From the NCBI RefSeq assembly GCF_963921235.1, contig NC_086118.1, positions 25,732,001 to 25,796,000 of the forward strand: DNA of 64,000 bases. The letters are read 5' to 3'. The notes under the pieces are model-generated. The model made no database searches and was not told where the DNA came from. It saw only the letters and a list, made by a program, of their open reading frames with translations. Shown piece by piece: positions 26,950-40,345 of the stretch (the first letter of the stretch is position 1; each line of letters opens with the position of its first letter). Both the position numbers and the translations under genes were made by a program. This DNA comes from Mobula hypostoma. Taxonomy: Eukaryota.

Positions 26950-29005
26950 ACATAGAAACATAGAAAATAGGTGCAGGAGTAGGCCATTCGGCCCTTCGAG
27001 CCTGCACCGCCATTTATTATGATCATGGCTGATCATCCAACTCAGAACCCCGCCCCAGCCTTCCCTCCATACCCCTTGATCCCTGTAGCCACAAGGGCCA
27101 TATCTAACTCCCTCTTAAATATAGCCAATGAACTGGCCTCAACAGTTTGCTGTGGCAGAGAATTCCACAGATTCACCACTCTCTGTGTGAAGAAGTTTTT
27201 CCTAATCTCAGTCCTAAAAGGCTTCCCCTTTATCCTCAAACTGTGACCCCTTGTTCTGGACTTCCCCAACATTGGGAACAATCTTCCTGCATCTAGCCTG
27301 TCCAATCCCTTTAGGATTTTATACGTTTCAATCAGATCCCCCCTCAATCTTCTAAATTCCAACGAGTACAAGCCCAGTTCATCCAGTCTTTCTTCATATG
27401 AAAGTCCTGCCATCCCAGGAATCAATCTGGTGAACCTTCTTTGTACTCCCTCTATGGCAAGGATATCTTTCCTCAGATTAGGGGACCAAAACTGCACACA
27501 ATACTCCAGGTGTGGTCTCACCAAGGCTTTGTACAACTGCAATAGTACCTCCCTGCTCCTGTACTCGAATCCTCTCGCTATAAATGCCAGCATACCATTC
27601 GCCTTTTTCACCGCCTGCTGTACCTGCATGCCCACTTTCAATGACTGGTGTATAATGACACCCAGGTCTCGTTGCACCTCCCCTTTTCCTAATCAGCCAC
27701 CATTCGGATAATAATCTGTTTTCCTATTTTTGCCACCAGAGTGGATAACTTCACGTTTATCCACATTAAATTGCATCTGCCATGAATTTGCCCACTCACC
27801 CAACCTATCCAAGTCACTCTGCATCCTCTTAGCATCCTCCTCACAGCTAACACTGCCACCCAGCTTCGTGTCATCCGCAAACTTGGAGATGCTGCATTTA
27901 ATTCCCTCATCCAAGTCATTAATATATATTGTAAACAACTGGGGTCCCAGCACTGAGCCTTGCGGTACCCCACTAGTCACCGCCTGCCATTCTGAAAAGG
28001 TCCCGTTTATTTCCACTCTTTGCTTCCTGTCTGCTAACCAATTCTCCATCCACATCAATACCTTACCCCCAATACCGTGTGCTTTTAGTTTGCACACTAA
28101 TCTCCTGTGTGGGACCTTGTCAAAAGCCTTTTGAAAATCCAAATATACCACATCCACTGGTTCTCCCCTATCCACTCTACTAGTTACATCCTCAAAAAAT
28201 TCTATGAGATTCGTCAGACATGATTTTCCTTTCACAAATCCATGCTGACTTTGTCCGATCATTTCACCGCTTTCCAAATGTGCTGTTATCACATCTTTGA
28301 TAACTGACTCCAGCAGTTTCCCCACCACCGATGTTAGGCTAACCGGTCTATAATTCCCCGGTTTCTCTCTCCCTCCTTTTTTAAAAAGTGGGGTTACATT
28401 AGCCACCCTCCAATCCTTAGGAACTAGTCCAGAATCTAACGAGTTTTGAAAAATTATCACTAATGCATCCACTATTTCTTGGGCTACTTCCTTAAGCACT
28501 CTAGGATGCAGACCATCTGGCCCTGGGGATTTATCTGCCTTCAATCCCTTCAATTTACCTAACACCACTTCCCTACTAACATGTATTTTGCTTAGTTCCT
28601 CCATCTCACTGGACCCTCTGTCCCTTACTATTTCTGGAAGATTATTTATGTCCTCCTTAGTGAAGACAGAACCAAAGTAATTATTCAATTGGTCTGCCAT
28701 GTCCTTGCTCCCCATAATCAATTCACCTGTTTCTGTCTGTAGGGGACCTACATTTGTCTTTACCAGTCTTTTCCTTTTTACATATCTATAAAAGCTTTTA
28801 CAGTCAGTTTTTATGTTCCCTGCCAGTTTTCTCTCATAATCTTTTTTCCCCTTCCTAATTAAGCCCTTTGTCCTCCTCTGCTGAACTCTGAATTTCTCCC
28901 AGTCCTCAGGTGAGCCACTTTCTCTAATTGATACTATCCCTAATTTCTCTTGTCAGCCACGGGTGCACTACCTTCCTTGATTTATTCTTTTGCCAAACTT
29001 TTGCC
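26950..29005 (-). mobile_element. Young 5'-truncated CR1 LINE
   Basis: ORFs 27693-28721 and 27042-27677 carry RT motifs, with a (TTTCTATG)n tail. Absent from duplication unit 1. Confidence 0.95.
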
Positions 29006-30977
29006 AAGCATGACAATGTCTTTACTTTCTTAGGATCCTGCGTAGATTTGACGTCACCTTTACAAACTTCTGCTGATGTGTAGTGGAGAGTACTGGCTGC
29101 ATTACGGCCTGGTATGGGAACACCAATGCCTTTGAGTAGACATCCCTACAAAAGGTAGTGGATTCAGCCCAGTATATCATGGGTAAAGCCCTCCCAATCC
29201 CTAAGCTCATCAAATTGAAATGTTGTCATAGAGAAGCAGCATCCATCATCAAAGATTGTCACTAACCAGCCAATGCTCTTTTCTCACTGCTGCCATCAGG
29301 TAGAAAGTACAAGAGCCTCAGGAATTGCACCACCAGGTTCAAGAACAATTACCACGCCTCAACCATCAGGCTCTTGAACAAAAGAGGATAACTACATTCA
29401 TTCTATTTCTGATGTTCCTACAACCAGTTATATCACTTTAAGGACTCTTTACCTTGTTATTTCATGCTCTCGTTATTTATTGCTGTTTATTTACATCCGC
29501 ATTTGCACAGTTTGTTGTTCATTGATCCTGTTTACAGTTACTGTTCTCTGGATTTGCACAGGAAAAAGAATCTCAGGGTTGTATCTGCTGACATGTATGT
29601 ACTCTGATAATAAATGTTACTTTGAACTTTGAACATTATCATATCTGTTAAGGTGCACAGCTATTTCTGGGATCCTACTCTTCATGAGTAACATCCTGGG
29701 ATCTTTTATATCCATTTGAGAATACAGATGAAGCTTCAGTTTCTTGTCTCATTTGATATCTTCAGTAAAAAATTTCTGGTTTAGTAATGTCAAAACAGAA
29801 ATATCAAAATAGTTGATGTTCTTGTTCGTAATGCATGATGAGTAGCAATCAGACAGGATTGAGATAAACTGGCATTACCAAATAGACCTTTGCAATTTAC
29901 AAAGGACATTAAATATTTTTGAGCATAGCAAAGTGTCCAAATATATTCTATCATCAAGCTGGATTCAGTGATTAATTTGTGTACCAGCAGTTTTAACTTT
30001 AATTGGATGCCAGGTGGAAAATAAAAGACATAAAAATGTTTATGTGCCAGAACGTAAAACATGATAAAACTTCTAATAAAGTATTAATACGCAGATGCAG
30101 TGAACTGTTGACAATGAGTCACATTCTGAGGATAGTTTAGAAGTATCACAGAAGGAATCAAGAACCATAGCACGAAGTAAATGATGAGACATTCTGCATC
30201 ACAGGAGTGGAACTGCTACCAGGAGATTGTTGGAAAATGTGATGAGCAAATGGAAGAGAAAAGTCAAAAACAATCACCTCGCCATGTAAAGCTCTACGAT
30301 CAACAATTCAATTGCTCAAAAGCATAGGGAAAACAATGCTTCCACTGCTTGAAGTTCACTAGGGAGATTGATCATCAACTAAATCTGATTGAGACAGACA
30401 CCTGCAGTTTAATTCAATGACGTACCTCAACAGATTGAGTTCTGATGAAGGGTTATGATTCTGAGTGTTAGCATTTGTTTCTCTTTTTGCGGGTGCTGCT
30501 TGCTTTTCTGGGTGGTGCCAGTACATTCTGTTTATAAGAGAAAGAACATTTAACGGGTTAACAACGAACCATTCTGCATAGAATGACAATGAGACAAATC
30601 TTGCTGACTTCAGTGGGCAGTTTCAGATTTACAGCTTTTTAAATGTCAGGAGGTCTCAGAGCCATGTCCATCTGTGACTGAAGGCAGAACTCCAAGACTT
30701 GCTGAGTGTATTTGTCACTACGCTAAGAGCCCTCTCTGACTGAGAGGCCAAGGATAAATTATTTATTATTTAGTTATATCACTTTGTTTTAATATTATTA
30801 ATTGCTTTATAGTTCTGATCTATTATCATTGAATGTTGATTCTTTCAATGGTTCAATTTAATATCAGTGAATGTATATGGTATACAACCTGAAATTCTTA
30901 TTCTCCACTGACATCCACAAAACAGAATGAATGACAGGAAAATATTAGAAACACGAAGCCCGCCCCCCCCCACACAA

Positions 30978-33145
30978 TCAGAATCAGGATCCGATTTAAT
31001 ATTATCAGCATATGTCATGAAACTTTATGGCAGCAGTACAATGAAATACATGATAAATAAATATAGAGAAAAAACTGAGTTACATTAAGTAGATATAGAA
31101 AAAGAAGAAAGTGGAGTCATCGGGACGCCATCATGATGGCATCTTTTTAGCAGGCTTTCTCATTTTTATGAGGCCAAGTCGCTAGCTTGACGCTCAACCC
31201 AGCACGGATGGAAAGTTTGCAAGGGAGCCGGCTGGATTCAAACTCGGGAGCCTTCTCTCCGAAGTCCGGCGCTGATGCCGCTACACCACCAGCCAGCTTT
31301 AAGTTTATATATGACTATTAAATTTGTTAAGTTAAAATAAGTAACGCAAAATAACAGAAATAAAACACGTAGTGAGGCAGTGTTCATGGGTTCAATGTCC
31401 ATTTAGAAATCGGATGGCAGAGGGGCAGAATCTGTTCCTAAACCACTGAGTTTGTGCCTTCAGACTTCTGTACCTCCTTCCCCCACCCCCACCAACTACC
31501 TGCCATGCAAGGAATAGTAAAACCCCCAAAGCGATGATGATCTGGAGTGTTCCCATACCAGGTTGTAATGCAGCCAGTCAGTACACTTTCCACCACCCAC
31601 CTAGAGAAGTTTGCCAAGGTTTTTGATGACATACCGAATCTCTGCAGACTCCCAAGAAGTAGAGGTGCTGTCATGCTTTCTTTGCAATTTCTTTGCAATC
31701 TCACATCCCCTGAGATATTGACACCCAGGAATTTAAAGTCTCAGACCCTCTCTATCTCTGATCCTCCAATGATTACTGGCTTATTTTCATTAATATGGAA
31801 GTCGTAAAATGGATTCAGCAGTGGCTAGATGGGAGACGCCAGAGAGTAGTGGTGGATAACTGTGTGTCAGATTGGAGGACGGTGTGTAGTGGTGTGCCTC
31901 AAGGATCTGTACTGGGTGCAATGTTGTTTGTCATATATATTAATGAACTGGATGATGGGGTGGTAAATTGAATTAGTAAGTATGCAGATGATACTAAGAT
32001 AGGTGGTGTTGTGGATGATGAGGTAGGTTTTCAAAACTTGCGGAGAGATTTAGGACAGTTAGAAGAGTGGGCTGAAAGATGGCAGATGGAGTTTAATGCT
32101 GATAAATGTGAGGTGCTACATTTTGGTAGGAATAATCAAAATAGGACATACATGGTAAATGGTAGGGCATTAAAGAATGCTTTAGAACACAGGAATCTAG
32201 GAATAATGGTGCATAGTTCCCTGAAGATGGAATCTGATGTGTATAGGGTGGTGAAGAAAGCTTTTGGTTTGCTGGTCTTTATTAATCAGAGCATTGAGTA
32301 TAGGAGTTGGGATGTAATGTTGAATTTGTATAAGGCATTGGTAAGGCCAAATCTGGAATATTGTGTACAGTTCTGGTCTCCGAATTATAGGAAGGATGTC
32401 AATAAAATTGAGAGAGTGCAGAGGAGGTTTACTAAAATGTTGCCTGGGTTTCATCTCCTAAGTTACAGAGAAAGGTTGAACAAGTTAGGTCTTTATTCTT
32501 TGGAGCGTGGAAGGTTGAGGGGAGACTTGATAGAGGTGTTTAAAATTATGAGGGGGATTGATAGAGTTGACGTGGTTAGACGTTTTCCATTGAGAGTGGG
32601 GAAGATTCAAACAAGAGGGCATGGGTTGAGAATTAGAGGACAAAAGTTTAGGGGTAACATGAGGGGGAACTTCTTTACTCAGGGAGTGGTAGCTGTGTGG
32701 AACGAGCTTCCAGCAGAAGTGGTTGAGGCAGGTTCGATGTTGTCGTTTAAAGTTAAATTGGATAGATATATGGACAGGAAAGGAATGGAGGGTTATGGGC
32801 TGAGTGCTGGTCGGTGGGAATAGGATAGGGTAAGAGTTCGGCACAGACTAGAAGGGCCGAGATGGCCTGTTTCCGTGCTGTAATTGTTATATGGTTATGG
32901 ACCTCTGGTTTCCCTCTCATTAAGTCTATAATGAGTTCCCTGGTCTTGCTGGCATTGAGAAAGAGGTTGTTGTTATGACACCACTCAGCCATATTTTCAT
33001 TCTCCCTCCTGTATGCTGATCCATCACCACCTCTGATTCGGCCCACAACAGTGGTGTGATCAGCAAACTTGTATATGGTGTTGGATCTGTACTTAGCCGC
33101 ACATTCATAGGTGTAAAGTGAGTTGAGCAGGGGGCTAAGCACACC
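30978..33145 (-). mobile_element. Rex1/Babar 3' fragment with nested SINE and CR1
   Basis: ORFs 32753-33142 (LSPLLNSLYT, YKFADHTTVVG) and 31438-31704 (VESVLTGCITTWYG). (GATTCT)n tail. Confidence 0.8.
31795..32898 (+). mobile_element. CR1 3' fragment
   Basis: GVPQGSVLG, YADD, ORF 32011-32823, GTTATATGGTTAT tail. Same family as 49897-50316. Confidence 0.93.
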
Positions 33146-33324
33146 TCTCTGTTTTGATGTAACAGTCTGCAGCGTTGCTTATTTTGACGGCAGCGTACTC
33201 TGCTGACATGGTGTTTTGTTCTCCTGCAACACTTCAGTGGGCAACAGTGCCGTGGAATAAGTTCATCTACAGGGTCACCAGGCTACTCCTGGAGATACTT
33301 CATTCTTAAATTCTATAATCGTTT

Positions 33325-33710
33325 AAATAATATTTATTGTATTTAATCTGACTAACCCCACTGGAAGCTGCAATGTCCCTGCCCTGCTCCACCACTGGGA
33401 GATGGACTGGGGCTGAAGTAGCGAAACATCAATGATTGGTGATCCCTGGCTGAAGACCCATGCAGCTTTTTTTTTAAGTGTGTCGTACCAGACATCCAGC
33501 CATTCTCGTCCGGCACGTGGTGTCAGGATTAACCGGGTCACATTATGAACGTTCCTGACTCGACCCTTGTATTTCTTATGAGGCCGAGTGGCTAGCTCGA
33601 CACTCAACCCGGCACGGGTGGAAAGAGTGCTCGGGGATGGCCCGACCTGGATTCGAATTCGGGAACCTTTGCTCCAGAGTTCGGCACTGATCACACTGCG
33701 CCACCGTGCA
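33325..33710 (-). mobile_element. tRNA-derived SINE with LINE-derived tail
   Basis: Minus strand TGGCGCAGTG and ATTCGAATCC boxes. Shares the GGGTTGAG.GTC.AGCTAG body with the 26620 SINE. Confidence 0.75.
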
Positions 33711-34299
33711 GCTGACCTAAGGGAACTGTTGGAGGGGCAGAAGGCAGCAAAGCCAAGCAGGAAACAACATCTTCCTTTAAATCTCATTTTCATCTCAAGG
33801 AATAGTTGCTACATGTATCGGACATTAGACACGTTAAAAATATTAAAACACAGTCCCAACTTCAACAGTAGCTGTGTTTCTGTCTTCAGCATTGTCTCAT
33901 GTCAAAGAGTGCCATGAGGTTCTGTGGTAAGTTTCCAAGGTTGATCAGCCCAAAGGACTTAAGGCAACTCTCTGTCTAACCTCTGCCTGTAAAAGGTCAC
34001 CTCAATTAGTTCTCTGCAGCCAGACCAGAGAAGACGTCAAGCAGTGACAACAGGCGACGGACAACCCCAGTGAGATTTTGTGGTTAGTATCCAATTTTAG
34101 TTCAATGTATGAGTCATGCTTAAGGAAAAGCACCTCAAATGAAAAACAACTGATGCCTGCACTTGTTCAAGAGCAAAAGGATTCTAACTGCAGCTATAGA
34201 CATGGATTAGAAAAAGGACTTTCATGTTCCTTTCTGTGTACCCCAGGGCTTTATAGCCAGAATTCAGTAAGCAGGAGTAAAGGGCAATTAATACAGTTG

Positions 34300-34500
34300 A
34301 TATCATCTGTTTCTGGAATGTTGATCAGCCAGAACGCTGAGGTTAACATCCAGTTATTCTTCAGATTGCTGTTGTGTGACCTTTAATATTCATCAAGAGA
34401 TCAGGTAGAATACCTCCTGTGTTTCACCCAAAAGATGTCAACTTCAGCCTTGTCAGCCTGGATTTCTGACCTCACCTTTCTTTAGTGGGATTTGAGTGTT
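34300..34500 (-). mobile_element. Ancient Deu-domain SINE remnant (SacSINE/AmnSINE-like)
   Basis: Degenerate resemblance to the Deu-domain consensus, recognised from memory (CCAAAAGATG...TGTCAGCCTGGATT...AGTGGGATTTGA). Confidence 0.45.
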
Positions 34501-35359
34501 TTTCATAGTAAATATCTCCATTTCTTTCACTCAGTGTTAGCTTGGACTCAGAGGGAAAAAAACTGAGTTTCTACCTTGGTGGCATGGTTTAATGAAATAC
34601 CAGGGTAATCATGACTGGCATGTTATCAGCTAGAAGGACAAGGGCAGCCAAAACAGGGCAACATCACCACCTGGAAGCTACCCTCCAAGCCATACACTGC
34701 CCTGACTTAGAAACGTATCGCCATTCCTTCATTGTCAGTGGGTCCGCAAGCTGGGCGTACCGACACCTCAACGACAGCAGCAGTTTCAGAAGGCAACTCA
34801 CCACCACCTTGTCAACCACAGTTACGGACGGGCAATTTAATGCAGGCTCAGTTTGCAAAGCCCACAGACCTTGAATAAACAAAATGGTAATGGCAGCCTA
34901 ACTCACAGCAATACCATTCAAATCAATCTCCAGTTCACATGAGATCAATAGGTGTTAGCAAAGTAGTTTATGAATGAGAAAAAAAAATATTTTCTTTTTT
35001 CCTATATTTATTAGAGTAAACTCAAAGTTTGAAACTATAGCTTCCTTTAACAAACTTCATCAAATTTGTATCATCTGGGGATATGTAAAAGGTATAATTT
35101 GGTTAAAAAAAATAAGCGGTTTATTATAATGCGATGGCATTAAGCTTATGAGTCTTCTGAAAAGTAACATGCTAACCCGTGGACTTGCAATAGCTTAAAG
35201 ATGTCAATTTCATTTCCCAAAATTAGCAAACTTATGAACAGTGACATGCAAGCTGTTTCTTCCTGGCCAGCACCAGCAAGCTCTAGCTTTTGAGCCGGTT
35301 TCACAGTGAGTCACCCTCCGAATGCTAAAATTGAATAAATTGAGAGCAGACTCTTTTGA

Positions 35360-37997
35360 AGAAGTGGAATCGATGTGGGTAGAGCTGCGTAACACTAAGG
35401 GGCAGGAGACGCTGGTGGGAGTTGTGTACAGGCCACCTAGCAGTAGTAGTGAGGTCAGAGATGGTATTAAACAGGAAATTAGAAACGTGTGCAATAAAGG
35501 AACAGCAGTTATAATGGGTGACTTCAATCTACATGTAGACTGGGTGAACCAAATTGGTAAGGGTGCTGAGGAAGAGGATTTCTTGGAATGTATGAGGGAT
35601 GGTTTTCTGAACCAACATGTCGAGGAACCAACTAGAGAGCAGGCTATTCTAGACTGGGTATTGAGCAATGAGGAAAGGTTAGTTAGCAATCTTGTCGTGA
35701 GAGGCCCCTTGGGTAAGAGTGACCATAATATGGTGGAATTCTTCATTAAGATGGAGAGTGACATAGTTAATTCAGAAACAAAGATTCTGAACTTAAAGAA
35801 GGGTAACTTTGAAGGTATGAGATGTGAATTAGCTAAGATAGACTGGCAAATGACACTTAAAGGGTTGACGGTGGATATGCAATGGCAAGCATTTAAAGGT
35901 TGCATGGATGAACTACAACAATTGTTCATCCCAGTTTGGCAAAAGAATAAATCAAGGAAGGTAGTGCACCCGTGGCTGACAAGAGAAATTAGGGATAGTA
36001 TCAATTCCAAAGAAGTAGCATACAAATTAGCCAGAGAAAGTGGCTCACCTGAGGACTGGGAGAAATTCAGAGTTCAGCAGAGGAGGACAAAGGGCTTAAT
36101 TAGAAAGGGGAAAAAAGATTATGAGAGAAAACTGGCGGGGAACATAAAAACTGACTGTAAAAGCTTTTATAGATATGTGAAAAGAAAAAGATTGGTTAAG
36201 ACAAATGTAGGTCCCCTACAGACAGAAACAGGTGAATTGATTATGGGGAGCAAGGACATGGCAGACGAATTGAATAACTATTTTGGTTCTGTCTTCACTA
36301 AGGAGGACGTAAATAATCTTCCGGATATAGTAGGGGACAAAGGGTCCAGTGAGATGGAGGAACTGAGGGAAATACATGTTAGTAGGGAAGTGGTGTTAGG
36401 TAAATTGAAGGGATTGAAGGCAGATAAATCCCCAGGGCCAGATGGTCTGCATCCCAGAGTGCTTAAGGAAGTAGCCCAAGAAATAGTGGATGCATTAGTG
36501 ATAATTTTTCAAAACTCGTTAGATTCTGGACTAGTTCCTGAGGATTGGAGGGTGGCTAATGTAACCCCACTTTTTAAAAAAGGAGGGAGAGAGAAACAGG
36601 GGAATTATAGACCGGTTAGCCTAACATCGGTGGTGGGAAAACTGCTGGAGTCAGTTATCAAGGATGTGATAACAGCACATTTGGAAAGCGGTGAAATGAT
36701 CGGACAAAGTCAGCATGGATTTGTGAAAGGAAAATCATGTCTGACGAATCTCATAGAATTTTTTGAGGATGTAACTAGTAGAGTGGATAGGGGAGAACCA
36801 GTGGATGTGGTATATTTGGATTTTCAAAAGGCTTTTGACAAGGTCCCACACAGGAGATTAGTGTGCAAACTTAAAGCACACGGTATTGGGGGTAAATTAT
36901 TGGTGTGGGTGGAGAATTGGTTAGCAGACAGAAAGCAAAGAGTGGGACTAAACAGGACCTTTTCAGAATGGCAGGCGGTGACTAGTGGGGTACCGCAAGG
37001 CTCAGTGCTGGGACTCCAGTTGTTTACAATATATATTAATGACTTGGATGAGGGAATTAAATGCAGCATCTCCAAGTTTGCGGATGACACGAAGCTGGGT
37101 GGCAGTGTTAGCTGTGAGGAGGATGCTAAGAGGATGCAGGGTGACTTGGATAGGTTGGGTGAGTGGGCAAACTCATGGCAGATGCAATTTAATGTGGATA
37201 AATGTGAAGTTATCCACTTTGGTGGCAAAAATAGGAAAACAGATTATTATCTGAATGGTTGCCAATTAGGAAAAGGGGAGGTGCAACGAGACCTGGGTGT
37301 CATTATACACCAGTCATTGAAAGTGGGCATGCAGGTACAGCAGGCGGTGAAAAAGGCGAACGGTATGCTGGCAATTATAGCGAGAGGATTCGAGTACAGG
37401 AGCAGGGAGGTACTACTGCAGTTGTACAAGGCCTTGGTGAGACCACATCTGAGGAAAGACATCTGAGGAAAGACATCTTTGCCACAGAGGGAGTACAAAG
37501 AAGGTTCACCAGATTGATTCCTGGGATGGCAGGACTTTCATATGAAGAAAGACTGGATGAACTGGGCTTGTACTCGTTGGAATTTAGAAGATTGAGGGGG
37601 GATCTGATTGAAATGTATAAGATCCTAAAGGGATTGGACAGGCTAGATGCAGGAAGATTGTTCCCGATGTTGGGGAAGTCCAGAACGAGGGGTCACAGTT
37701 TGAGGATAGAGGGGAAGCCTTTTAGGACCGAGATTAGGAAAAACTTCTTCACACAGAGAGTGGTGATTCTGTGGAATTCTCTGCCACAGCAAACTGTTGA
37801 GGCCAGTTCATTGGCTATGTTTAAGAGGGAGTTAGATATGGCCCTTGTGGCTACAGGGGTCAGGGGGTATGGAGGGAAGGCTGGGGCGGGGTTCTGAGTT
37901 GGATGATCAGCCATGATCATAATAAATGGCGGTGCAGGCTCGAAGGGCCGAATGGCCTACTCCTGCACCTATTTTCTATGTTTCTATGTTTCTATGT
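35360..37997 (+). mobile_element. Young CR1 LINE ORF2 (endonuclease C-half, RT, 3' UTR)
   Basis: 714-aa ORF 35322-37466 (GDFN, SDH, YLDFQKAFDKV, FADD), frameshift near 37450, (TTTCTATG)x3 tail. Confidence 0.97.
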
Positions 37998-39539
37998 AAG
38001 AATGTGTAAACATTTAAATGTGATACTAAATGGATGACACATTGGAAATTGTTCCTTCCTTAATGCTTGTTAATGTTGCAGAGTGATGCTGGTAATGTAA
38101 AAACCATGACTGCTCAAAGCACAAACTGATCATCTTTATGAGGTGGATATGCAAACAAATTTCATTACAGTTTGTTAATGTCACATTTAAAATATAAATG
38201 AATAACTATAGCTCGTTTCTTTACATCCATGGGATTTGTACATAATATGCAGTTTGAGCATAAAAGTTTCTTCTCTCCTCCAGTTTAAATTTGTTGTGAG
38301 TAGTCTCAATCCAGTTTCTCATTTGTATAATAAGGTTCAAAGTTCAAAAAGTTCAAAGAAAAACATCTTCCAGCTTCTGAGGAATATCATGAGTTCTGGT
38401 TTGCAACTCTATCACCTCAAGCAGTGAACGGCTAGCTTAGGAAACGGTGTCAAACAGGGAATAGAGTTTGTGTTCAGGACATTGTTAAAGAGGCTGGGAA
38501 GCCAATAGGCAGCTTATGTTCAATTACTAGCATTATTCAGTACACGTCTGTGTACAGATCCAAAGGCAAGTATTCCCAATCAGTCCAGCATTGTAGAGAG
38601 CAGAAATTGGGTTCAAGCAGAATAGTACACATACTGTACCTATGGACTTCAATTTAAAATAGACAGATGTTCCATAATGCAAGAGAGGATTCAATAATAA
38701 AGTGAATGGAGTGGTGCTGGTGTTGGCTATGAAACAGAAATAGAATTCAGCTCCTTGAAGACCACCCTGCTCTCTCCAGTTTGCCTCTTGTCATGGACAT
38801 TGCTGCCTAAAGAAGAGCAAATGTGTTTCTTCTTTGGTTTACAACAATATTTTCTGACAAGTATCAGGCTCCAGATAACGTAGTACATGGAATGAACTTC
38901 CATGAAAAGAAACACTGTAATGGATTTAAGTGTATTTCAAATTGATGCATGTTTGTGCTTATAACATACCTCATCTTAAATTCTTAGAAGAAAGTGGATT
39001 CGCATAAACGCTTGTGGTTATCTCCAAAGCAACTATTCTCAGACAAGACTTTCTGCTATAACTCTTTCCAATGACAATGAAACACGGGTTTCATTAACTG
39101 TGATATTCTGATATGACAGCCCAGGAACTCTTTAGTTCTGTTTATTGTACTTTAATCTACCCAGGCTGACTTCATCGCTGTCACTTACTTCATCTTCAAA
39201 GTTATCCTGCTTACATTTGAAGCCAATTCCTTCAAGATATAAGTTCATTTGATTATTAACCTTGAAAAACAGAAGTGAATCCAGTATGCAACTGGCATCA
39301 AGTAAGATCTCAGTAGGTGTTGGTTGCTATGTTTGTGGCCAATGCAAACATTAAGTCCAGAATCCCAGAAAATTATGCAAACAAAGTAATTTATCATTTT
39401 GCAGCCTGGTTTTAGGTGTTGTGTGCAGAACACAGATTCTAGTTCTGTGTAAAACATTGGCTGAGATGTGGAGTTGGATGTGATTATATGCTATGTGACT
39501 ATGATGCTACTGCCAGTAAGTTTTTCACTGCACCTTCCA

Positions 39540-40345
39540 CTTTCCACAGGGTATGCTTGCTCATGACTCCCTTGTTGCTTTGTCCGGCTCCACTGATCTC
39601 CTTCCCACTGTTTATCCTTGCAAGCGGAACAAGTGCTACACCTGCCCCTACACCTCCTCCCTCACTACCATTCAGGGCCCCAAACAGTCCTTCCAGGTGA
39701 GGTGACACTTCACCTGTGAGTCTTTTGGGACCATCTACTGTATCCTTTGCTCTTGGTGTGGCCTCCTGTATTTGGTGAGACCTGATGTAGATTGGGAGAC
39801 CGCTTTGCTGAGCACCTACAGTCCATCATTCAAAGTGGGATCTCCCAGTAGCTACCCATTTCAATTCTACTTCCCATTCCCATTCTGACATGTCAGTCCA
39901 TGGCCTCCTTTACTGTTGTGATGAGGCCACACTTAGGCTGGAGGAGCATGACCTTATATTCCGTCTGGATAGCCTCCAACCTGATGGCGTGAACATAATT
40001 TCTCAAACTCTGGTAATTGCCCCCACTTCACCATTTCCCCATTCCCTTTCCCTCTCTCACCTTATCTCCTTACCTGCCCATCAACTCCCTCTGGCGCTTC
40101 TCCCACTTCCCTTTCTTCCATGGTCTTCTACCCTCTCCTATCAGATTTTCCAGTCCTTTATCTCTTTCACCAATCAACTTCCCAGCTCTTTACTTCACCC
40201 CTCCCCCACCCACTGGTCTCACTTATCACCCAGCACTTTGTACCTCTTCCTCCCCTCGCCCCACCTTCTTACCCTGCCTTCTCATCTTTTTCTCCAGTCC
40301 TGATGAAGGGTCTCGGCCTGAAATGTCGACTGTTTGCTCTTTTCC
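39540..40345 (+). mobile_element. Penelope-like element remnant 1 (GIY-YIG endonuclease and pseudo-LTR)
   Basis: CKRNKCYTC...FTCES..TIYCILCSWCGLLY, RLGDRFAEHL, RLEEHDLIFRLDSLQPDGVN. Confidence 0.88.
40295..40332 (+). ncRNA. Minimal type I hammerhead ribozyme motif 1
   Basis: CAGTC-CTGATGA-agggtctcggcct-GAAA-tGTC-GACTG. Helix I is CAGTC/GACTG. Confidence 0.72.

Larger units (their letters stand above)
24381..31324 (+). repeat. Tandem duplication: unit 1 at 24381-26835, unit 2 at 26836-31324 including a CR1 insertion
   Basis: Colinear, near-identical sequence. Paired ORFs 25281-25553/29790-30062 and 25850-26080/30359-30589. Both units end in ATGACTATTAAATT. Confidence 0.95.

Noticed and set aside
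33323..33793. 156-aa ORF
   Set aside because: Mostly runs through a SINE, with no recognisable domain.
35210..36025. 271-aa minus-strand ORF and similar antisense ORFs over LINEs
   Set aside because: Shadow frames of CR1 or Rex1 ORF2.
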